DNA of 14,389 nt from Snowella sp. (lineage in GTDB: Bacteria; Cyanobacteriota; Cyanobacteriia; Cyanobacteriales; Microcystaceae), in the NCBI GenBank assembly GCA_035285545.1, contig JAYKGY010000093.1, forward strand, positions 1-14,389, given 5' to 3'. Each line of letters starts with the position of its first letter. The first letter of the stretch is position 1. The position numbers were made by a program, and so were the translations under genes. Positions 8,061 to 14,389 of the stretch are shown here, in pieces. The notes under the pieces were generated by a model. It was given only the letters and a program-made list of their open reading frames with translations. It searched no databases and was not told the origin of the DNA.

Positions 8061-8114
8061 TTTAAATAATATAAATAGTACAAATAATATAAATAATTTA
8101 TACAATATAAACGT
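8061..8114. repeat. Array C of degenerate 9-bp tandem units
   Basis: tttaaataa tataaatag tacaaataa tataaataa tttatacaa tataaacgt; ends 9 bp from the methyltransferase stop codon. Confidence 0.75.
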
Positions 8115-8123
8115 TATCTCCTT

Positions 8124-10934
8124 TTACAGTAATTCGGTTTGTTGATAAACGACTTTTGCTTTAATTTCATCGATTCCTAGCCATAGGTTTACTAAGCTGT
8201 CTTTTTCTTTGGCTTTATCGGGAATAACTCGAAAAGCAACTTCTAGGGCTTTCATAAACAGATCGTTGCCCATCAGTCCTGTTTTTTGCATGAATTGGCG
8301 TACCTGTTGAATGCTGGATTCTTCTTCATAGATCGCGATCGCGGCATGGAGGGCATCAACAAGATAGGTAGCGGTAAATTCTTGGGGGTTAGTAGTAAAG
8401 GCACGTTTTTTGAGGCGTTGTTGAGGAGTCAGTAGGGAACAGGAACCGCTAGTTGAGTCGAGGAGTTTATAGGTTTTGGCTAGTTCGTTAACGTTGAATC
8501 CACCGATCGCGAGGGCAAGTTGCAGAGCTTCATTAAAGGGGAATTCTCTTGCTTTGAAGGCATCCCAGGCGAGTAAGTACCATTGGGTCAGGGGATCGAA
8601 GCCGATGGTATCGCTTTGGACGAGTTTACGGAATCGGTAGTTGGCGATCGCTTTTCGGGCTTCAGCAAAGGCAACATCGGGTCGGACTTCATCGCCGCTA
8701 CTGTCGAGAATAGGATAGGAGCGACTAAAGACGTTAAGGGCTGGGCCAAAGGCACTGAGATAAAGATCAATCCCTGTAATGTCGTTGGCTTCAAATTCGG
8801 GGGCACGTTGTTCGACGAGGTTGGCGACTTCGGGGCGCAAGTCATCCCACCAAGCTTGCGGGGCATTGGGGTCGCGTTTACGGCAAACGAGAATAACGGT
8901 ACTGGAAACGCTGTTTTTCTTAGCTTGATGAAGGTTTTGGGGATTTTCGGTAGAAACGGCCCAGCTTGCGGTGATCTCAAATCCTGCATCGATCAGGGCT
9001 TTGGCTAATACGTCCCATGCACTCGGATCTTTATGGTTAAACTGCACGGTAAGAACGCCTTCATCCCGCAGGACTCGATAGGCTTCTGACCAAGCCATTG
9101 CTATTTTTGCTTCATAGTCTTTGTTAGCTAAATCTTTAGGAGATGCTCCCATATTACGAAAGCGTCCTAAATTTGATACAGCTTCTCGATCCTTATCAGT
9201 TAATTCTTGGCAAAATAAATCAGGAAAAATATCGTTTAAAAGTCTGCGCTGCCAAACATAGAAAAAATCGGATAATTCTGCGTAAGGAATTGTGTCGTAG
9301 TAGGGTGGATCAGTAACAACAATATCAATACTTTTATTATCTAAATGAGAGAGAGTATCTGCTGATAACAAATCGATTTTTAATATTTTTTGAATGCGAC
9401 TTTCTAATTCTAGAAAACTTACTAAATTTATTCTTGTGCCAAGTAAATTACAAAGTTTTGTATAGTCATCAGAAACCGATTTTGCAGCAAATAACCATCC
9501 AAAATCTGCACCATTTAATTCTGGATAATTCCACATTAAATTAAGAGCATGAGTAAATGTTGCACGTTCAATTTTTTTATAGGGTGCATTGTAGTTTGTT
9601 AATCTAGAATTTTTGTCAACACATCGGTCACAAACTAAAACAAGGTATGTAATAACCGCTTGTAATTTTTCCTTATCTAATTCTTCTCTCATCTTTTCTT
9701 TAGCTTCATTAATAATTTCAGCATAAGTTACCAATGTTAAAAGCTGACGAGGATTAAAATAGTTGTCCCATGTCGTTAATCCATACCGATAAGCCATCAT
9801 ATATTGAGGATTATCGCTGCAAGGTTCTTTTGGAATTAAATGATAAGAAGCCCCATTATATAAATTTTGATTGTTTTGAATTGCTTTTTGATAACCTGAA
9901 ATATCTATTTCATTAGGAATTCTAAATTCTAATAAGCTTTTTTTTCTTTTATAAGCAACTGTATAAATTTGATGATTAAAACCTATCGTTTGGGCATAAT
10001 TGATTAAATATTCTTGATCAATAATATTTTGACAATTTGGACATTTACCAACACTACGAGAAACTGTAGCAAAATCATCAGGATTGTAATCACCGTCAGG
10101 TGTTTGAATAGAATTACCTTTACCCTTCTTACCTTTAATTAAAGTAAAATCAACCCGTTTTTCTACTCGATTAGGAATTGGCTTAACTGCACAGATTTCA
10201 CCTTTTTTAATTGCTCCAGGAGAACGATCCACCCACCAATTTGGAGAAAGCGGAATCACTGATTCACAATTTGGACAAACCACCGTATGCGCCCATAGAT
10301 AATTTTGTACCATTTCCCCTTCCTGCGATGGAAAAAACTCGGCTAAACGCTTTTCTGCTTCATCTCCAACCCACTTCACCCATTTATCAATATCCGCCTG
10401 TAACGCTGGGCCAAACTTAAGCGGATACTCCATTGCCGCCTTCATGGTCACTACCGCCACAGGATTCAAATCCGATGCAAACACCTCCAACCCATACCGT
10501 GCCGCCTCAAAAGGAATCGAACCACCCCCCGCAAACGGATCAAGAACCGCAGGAGTCCTTTTCCCCCAGATTTGATCACACAGATCATGAACCCGCTTGA
10601 TCTGCTTTTCCGTTGGAGGCGTTTTATAAAGTTTTACCTTGCCACTATCGCGAATCTTCTCTAGATCTTCCTTAGCCAGCCCCTTCTTCTGCCAAAACTC
10701 AAACTCCTGCTCCGAATACAATCCCAACAAATATTCAAATTCCGCGAGTGAAACATCCGCAGGCAAAATCGACCCCAACACCGACGCACGAGAAAACGAC
10801 AACGGCTTACGGGAATACCATCGATGCAACCCCTTAAACGGATTTCCCCCATGTTCGTAATAAACCTGCTCATTGAGGAGCTTCACAGGAAAAATTTTCT
10901 CAATAAAAACAGGAGGACGTTTGGAGGTTGTCAT
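8124..10934 (-). CDS. DUF1156-family DNA amino-methyltransferase (probably N6-adenine) with Zn-ribbon insert
   Basis: 936 aa. LHRWYSRKPL (DUF1156-type N-terminal motif), VLDPFAGGGSIPFEA (SAM-binding motif I), two CPNC pairs, VVTDPPYYD (catalytic motif IV), YAELSDFFYVW. Confidence 0.93.
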   Translation of the reverse strand: MTTSKRPPVFIEKIFPVKLLNEQVYYEHGGNPFKGLHRWYSRKPLSFSRASVLGSILPADVSLAEFEYLLGLYSEQEFEFWQKKGLAKEDLEKIRDSGKVKLYKTPPTEKQIKRVHDLCDQIWGKRTPAVLDPFAGGGSIPFEAARYGLEVFASDLNPVAVVTMKAAMEYPLKFGPALQADIDKWVKWVGDEAEKRLAEFFPSQEGEMVQNYLWAHTVVCPNCESVIPLSPNWWVDRSPGAIKKGEICAVKPIPNRVEKRVDFTLIKGKKGKGNSIQTPDGDYNPDDFATVSRSVGKCPNCQNIIDQEYLINYAQTIGFNHQIYTVAYKRKKSLLEFRIPNEIDISGYQKAIQNNQNLYNGASYHLIPKEPCSDNPQYMMAYRYGLTTWDNYFNPRQLLTLVTYAEIINEAKEKMREELDKEKLQAVITYLVLVCDRCVDKNSRLTNYNAPYKKIERATFTHALNLMWNYPELNGADFGWLFAAKSVSDDYTKLCNLLGTRINLVSFLELESRIQKILKIDLLSADTLSHLDNKSIDIVVTDPPYYDTIPYAELSDFFYVWQRRLLNDIFPDLFCQELTDKDREAVSNLGRFRNMGASPKDLANKDYEAKIAMAWSEAYRVLRDEGVLTVQFNHKDPSAWDVLAKALIDAGFEITASWAVSTENPQNLHQAKKNSVSSTVILVCRKRDPNAPQAWWDDLRPEVANLVEQRAPEFEANDITGIDLYLSAFGPALNVFSRSYPILDSSGDEVRPDVAFAEARKAIANYRFRKLVQSDTIGFDPLTQWYLLAWDAFKAREFPFNEALQLALAIGGFNVNELAKTYKLLDSTSGSCSLLTPQQRLKKRAFTTNPQEFTATYLVDALHAAIAIYEEESSIQQVRQFMQKTGLMGNDLFMKALEVAFRVIPDKAKEKDSLVNLWLGIDEIKAKVVYQQTELL

Positions 10935-11024
10935 ATAGCAATCCTAAATGATTTGTGTTGTTGAGAGAAATGAAACCTTTATCCAGAGTAAATCAATATT
11001 CACAACCTGTTTTAGGATTGTTAT
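10935..11024. promoter_or_regulatory. Inverted repeat overlapping the methyltransferase ribosome-binding site
   Basis: atagcaatcctaaa (10935-10948) and tttaggattgttat (11011-11024) pair at 13/14; inner ttgtg/cacaa and ttga/tcaa pairing as well. Confidence 0.45.
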
Positions 11025-11095
11025 GTAACTCCCAAGGACAATGGTAAAAAAGAAACGAAGCCTTTTCAATCTAAATTTATTTGCTTTTTTAGGCT

Positions 11096-11311
11096 TCATT
11101 TAAACAACTTTTTTAATTCAGCTTCAATTTGTGATTTTACTTTGTCAATCCCTTTTTCTTTGGCTACTTCAATGACGCTATCATAATCATTTAGCTCCCC
11201 ACATGAGACGCATTTGATCATATCGCCCGACTTAAACTCTGCATTTTCATCTCCTTGAAGTGCTGAGTCGCAGAATAAGCATAACAATGTAATTCTAAAA
11301 TTATTATCCAT
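11096..11311 (-). CDS. Small Zn-ribbon protein (resembles the ECs_2282 putative zinc-binding family)
   Basis: CLFC...CVSC followed by a C-terminal amphipathic helix. Start set at ATG 11311, preceded by AGGA and overlapping the upstream stop (ATGGATAA). Confidence 0.8.
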   Translation of the reverse strand: MDNNFRITLLCLFCDSALQGDENAEFKSGDMIKCVSCGELNDYDSVIEVAKEKGIDKVKSQIEAELKKLFK

Positions 11312-11735
11312 GACCAATGTTCCTATAAAAGTTAATAAAAAGTCCTGCTAGACCTATGATGAAACCGAACAAAATGAACAGTCCTTTATGATCTTCAATG
11401 TAATCAGAGGCTTTCTTGAAGATGCTTCTATTACTCAGTTGTTCTACTTGCTTTCGTTTAGATTTTACCACACCAAAGCCAGTTGTTGTTAACTGCAAGT
11501 TACGATATTGCCCACCCAGAGATATGTATTTTATCCAGCTATTGGCAAGACAAATATCAGCTATTTTTTGTAAACTATTTTGAGTTACCGATATTTTGAA
11601 TTTTTCGTTAATAGAGCATACCATTCTGGCATCAATAGACAAGACAATCAAGTTAATTGGTTGACCTCTCTCTAACATTTCTTGATAGAAAAGATCAAGG
11701 AAATCATATTCATTAAATTCTTTAGATTTTCCCAT
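11304..11735 (-). CDS. Hypothetical protein: wHTH-like N-domain and C-terminal transmembrane helix
   Basis: 143 aa. CLANSWIKY...LQLTTTGF resembles a winged-helix recognition helix/wing ending; GLFILFGFIIGLAGLFINFY is a TM segment. Confidence 0.75.
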   Translation of the reverse strand: MGKSKEFNEYDFLDLFYQEMLERGQPINLIVLSIDARMVCSINEKFKISVTQNSLQKIADICLANSWIKYISLGGQYRNLQLTTTGFGVVKSKRKQVEQLSNRSIFKKASDYIEDHKGLFILFGFIIGLAGLFINFYRNIGHG

Positions 11736-11944
11736 AATAGTTCAAAATTTAACTATAGAAATTCTAATATTGATTCTCAAAAAGGATGGCATAATTGGTT
11801 GATCATTCCTATGTCAAAAGCCCTGCTTTATAAAAAATACTAGGCTATCTTTTTAAAAAAACTCCTAAACATTGTTGTAGTCTTTCTTGTTGATTTTGAT
11901 TTAATAAAAGTTGATTTTTCACAAAATTAACCTTCTTTCATTAA

Positions 11945-12241
11945 CTAAGAAGCTTTTACTAAAGGAATGACTTCTTTATCAAGTTTCTCTTGTAACTTAT
12001 CTTTAACTATTGCTAAATCATATTGCATTTGTAAATTTAACCAAAAACGCTCAGATAACCCAAAATAAAGGGATAATCTTAATCCTGTATCAGGTGTAAT
12101 TGCCCGTTTACCGTGAACAATTTCATTAATGCGCCGTGGTGAAACATTGATTGCTTTGGCCAATTGATATTGGCTAATATCCATAGGGTTTAAAAATTCT
12201 TCTAATAGAATTTCACCAGGATGAACAGGTAATAATTTCAT
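11945..12241 (-). CDS. higA: HigA family antitoxin (HTH-XRE)
   Basis: HPGEILLEEFL...ISQYQLAKAINVSPRRINEIVHGKRAITPDTGLRL...FWLNLQ. Start reassigned to ATG 12241 (AAGGA RBS upstream, 16 bp after higB stop); 98 aa. Confidence 0.95.
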   Translation of the reverse strand: MKLLPVHPGEILLEEFLNPMDISQYQLAKAINVSPRRINEIVHGKRAITPDTGLRLSLYFGLSERFWLNLQMQYDLAIVKDKLQEKLDKEVIPLVKAS

Positions 12242-12257
12242 GGCTTTTATCCTTTTT

Positions 12258-12539
12258 TTAATGATAGTCAACAATTTCAACGTCATACGCATGGCCATCA
12301 AACCATCTAAAACAAATTCGCCATTGATCATTAACCCGAATACTATATTGGTCTTGGCGATCGCCCTTAAGCTTTTCTAGTCGATTTCCTGGAGGAATGC
12401 GTAAATCTTCTAAACGTTCTGCCGCGTCTAAAATAGATAACTTACGTTGGAAAATCCGTAAAATATTATTAGGAAAACGAGAAGAAGATTGCCTTAAAAA
12501 GATTTTTTCAGTTTCTCGACAACGAAAAGTTTTAATCAT
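12258..12539 (-). CDS. higB: HigB family (RelE/ParE superfamily) toxin
   Basis: MIKTFRCRETEKIF...DLRIPPGNRLEKLKGDRQDQYSIRVNDQWRICFRW...VEIVDYH; toxin-before-antitoxin order. Confidence 0.95.
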   Translation of the reverse strand: MIKTFRCRETEKIFLRQSSSRFPNNILRIFQRKLSILDAAERLEDLRIPPGNRLEKLKGDRQDQYSIRVNDQWRICFRWFDGHAYDVEIVDYH

Positions 12540-12550
12540 AGCTGGCCTTG

Positions 12551-12586
12551 ATCATAACGCACCTCGATAATAACGTCAAACGTTAT
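12551..12586 (-). promoter_or_regulatory. Sigma70-type promoter of higBA with overlapping palindromic operator(s)
   Basis: Minus strand TTGACG (12579-12574) - 17 nt - TATGAT (12556-12551). Palindrome ATAACGT-caa-ACGTTAT at 12570-12586, degenerate copy ATAACG-N5-CGATAA at 12554-12570. Confidence 0.8.
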
Positions 12587-12602
12587 GACTGGCTAGAAGG
12601 AT

Positions 12603-13031
12603 TTACTCTCCTAATAAAATTCTCATTGCCCGTAAAGCAGATCGCCGCTTACCATTGCTAATTTTAGCAAACCAATAATGGGCTTCCTCATTACTCATCG
12701 CCATCACCCCATCTCGAATATTGGCGATCTTTTCCTCTTTCTTTAACGGTTGAACCGCTTGAAAAAGAATAGCTAGATTGACCCCTGACTCTTCCGAAAG
12801 AACATAGGGAGTCGATCGCCGATAGGAAAGGCTCTTCGGATCATAATTATTTGCCTTCAAAACTTGATAAATTGCCTGTCTAATCAAGATCAGAGATTGC
12901 CCTTTTAACCGTCCAATTCGTTTCGCCGCAGGACGCTTCTTTTCTCCTGCTTTCTTGTAGGCACACTGGTATAAATCAAGGGCAAAATCATTATCCTTTA
13001 ACGGCTCTATCCGTAACTGGAACTCTTGCAT
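12603..13031 (-). CDS. Small DUF3780-like accessory protein of the DUF499/DUF1156 system
   Basis: 142 aa, coupled to the upstream gene (TAATG). C-terminal MSNEEAHYWFAK...SALRAMRILL resembles the EExxW..ALR tail of DUF3780-like proteins, and the gene position fits. Confidence 0.7.
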   Translation of the reverse strand: MQEFQLRIEPLKDNDFALDLYQCAYKKAGEKKRPAAKRIGRLKGQSLILIRQAIYQVLKANNYDPKSLSYRRSTPYVLSEESGVNLAILFQAVQPLKKEEKIANIRDGVMAMSNEEAHYWFAKISNGKRRSALRAMRILLGE

Positions 13032-14389
13032 TAATAAATAACCCTTACACTTAAATTTAATCGATCAACGGGATTGCGCTGTAACGCTTGGATAATCCCA
13101 TTTAATTCTGACCCATCAGGCATAACGGTCTCTTTGAAAGTAAAGATCAACTTCAAATTGATAGTAGCTTGGGCATCGGGACTGTTCAGCAAACTATTGA
13201 GAGAACTAAACAACATCGAGAACCCTCTAACATCCCCTTGATACTCCAAACGGACAAACTGACCCTGGGCATTTAGAGAGAGAACTTGATCAATCCCCAG
13301 GGTATATTGGGGTCGATTCAATAAACTCAGACTGGTTCCTAATTTACGGTAATCCATCAAGCTATCTACCGTAAGCTCCAGGGATTCAACCCCTTGTACT
13401 TTCTTCTCAATGCAGTTGTCCTTGAATTGGGTAAAGGTCTTATTCACCGTCCCTTCAAAGGTTAATATGGGGGGCTTAATCTCTAAAACAGGTATGGGAG
13501 TCGGTGTGGGAGTATAACCACCAGAGCCATCCTTAACGCTTTTTGGCCAAGCGACTTGGGTTTCTTTTTCCTCGATTTCCCCATTGCCATAATCTACAAT
13601 CACCTTAAAGACGGCAGCGTTAGAAATCTCACATTCGTGTTCATAACGGGGCGGAAACGTTTGTGAAATCGCTACTCCATCTTGATAAAGCGTTACAGCC
13701 AATGCCCCTTTTGCCATCCAGCCGACCCTAACTTTTTTCACGGTGTCGGTTCCCGAAATAATTAAGGCACTCAATTGAATAACTCTTGGTTCAGGCGGCT
13801 TCAAAATTCCCCGACGATACATCTCTAGGCGATCGCTGAATTCAATCACATCGGGCAGACTAGCTAACTCCTGATCCGTTTTGATATAAACCTTTTCACC
13901 AACTTTCATATCCCACTGTCCATCGGTTAACCCCCGTCGAATGGTCTCTCTAAGCAGGGCAATTTCTGCATCAATTAAAAATTTGAGACTGAGATCCTTG
14001 GCAAAGGCTTCTCGTAGGGCTTTCGTTGTCCAATGGTCTAATCCCGCAGGCCAAACCTTTTGGAGAATAAAAGCAGGGGCATAGGGCTTGAGGGGTTCAT
14101 CACTGCGTATTTTCTGACAATCCCGCAGAGCTTGAAAGATGACATCCTGTTGATTGCCTTTAGAAGAGACTGAGCCTGATTCCTGAGCCGAGAGGACATG
14201 ATGCCTTAACCCTGTTGGAGCCTTAACAGGATCTTGGTCGGGATAGAACAAATGACGGTAAGCATTGGTTAGGGCAACCCGAACATCCAGATCCATTTTG
14301 CCCTTGCGTTCTTTCAATTGTTTCTGTTGGCTTTCTGATAAGTCGTCCAACCGATTCGGCGATCGCAGAATGTTGTCAATAGCCCGATA
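13031..14389 (-). CDS. C-terminal part of a large DUF499-type ATPase (5' end outside window)
   Basis: The frame stays open from 14350 to the edge (YRAIDNILRSPNRL...), so the TTG start in the track is internal. LTNAYRHLFYP and the gene order support DUF499, but the ATPase motifs are not in the window. Confidence 0.72.
   Translation of the reverse strand, partial: YRAIDNILRSPNRLDDLSESQQKQLKERKGKMDLDVRVALTNAYRHLFYPDQDPVKAPTGLRHHVLSAQESGSVSSKGNQQDVIFQALRDCQKIRSDEPLKPYAPAFILQKVWPAGLDHWTTKALREAFAKDLSLKFLIDAEIALLRETIRRGLTDGQWDMKVGEKVYIKTDQELASLPDVIEFSDRLEMYRRGILKPPEPRVIQLSALIISGTDTVKKVRVGWMAKGALAVTLYQDGVAISQTFPPRYEHECEISNAAVFKVIVDYGNGEIEEKETQVAWPKSVKDGSGGYTPTPTPIPVLEIKPPILTFEGTVNKTFTQFKDNCIEKKVQGVESLELTVDSLMDYRKLGTSLSLLNRPQYTLGIDQVLSLNAQGQFVRLEYQGDVRGFSMLFSSLNSLLNSPDAQATINLKLIFTFKETVMPDGSELNGIIQALQRNPVDRLNLSVRVIY

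Noticed and set aside
8583..9008. Overlapping 141-aa (+) and 133-aa (-) ORFs
   Set aside because: Shadow frames in the GC-rich part of the MTase gene; no recognisable motifs.
10211..10873. Three 69-73-aa ORFs (10211-10420, 10639-10860, 10661-10873)
   Set aside because: All lie inside the MTase gene and are explained by its codon bias.
11790..11817. TTGACA (minus strand) as promoter of the 143-aa gene
   Set aside because: No convincing -10 hexamer at 16-18 nt spacing.
12242..12331. 30-aa N-terminal extension of HigA in the ORF track
   Set aside because: Overlaps higB; family similarity and an RBS point to ATG 12241.
14348..14350. TTG start of the 439-aa ORF
   Set aside because: The frame is open to the window edge, so this is a truncated larger gene.
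1..14389. IS element, integrase, tRNA or rRNA
   Set aside because: No transposase or recombinase motifs and no recognisable structural RNA gene.

Overview
Cyanobacterial-type DNA (seven HIP1 GCGATCGC octamers, a Uma2 gene) holding a nested defence island; every gene I accept is on the minus strand. The backbone is a four-gene restriction-like (BREX-related) system: DUF499-type ATPase (3' part only), small DUF3780-like protein, DUF1156-type amino-methyltransferase, and a PLD-nuclease/SNF2-helicase fusion (5' part only, missing from the ORF track). Two backbone junctions carry cargo. The first has a higBA toxin-antitoxin pair plus a membrane-anchored wHTH-like protein and a Zn-ribbon protein. 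The second has Uma2 plus a 6 kb AT-rich, HIP1-free three-gene cassette: RelE-like/SF1-helicase fusion, coiled-coil protein with LGGxN repeats, and a membrane TerB-domain protein. That cassette is the best candidate for an undescribed defence system. Three arrays of a degenerate 9-bp unit (TATAAATAA) sit at the module boundaries of the second junction, and two of them form a 37/43 direct repeat bracketing the cassette. Family calls come from motif recognition by eye; no searches were run.
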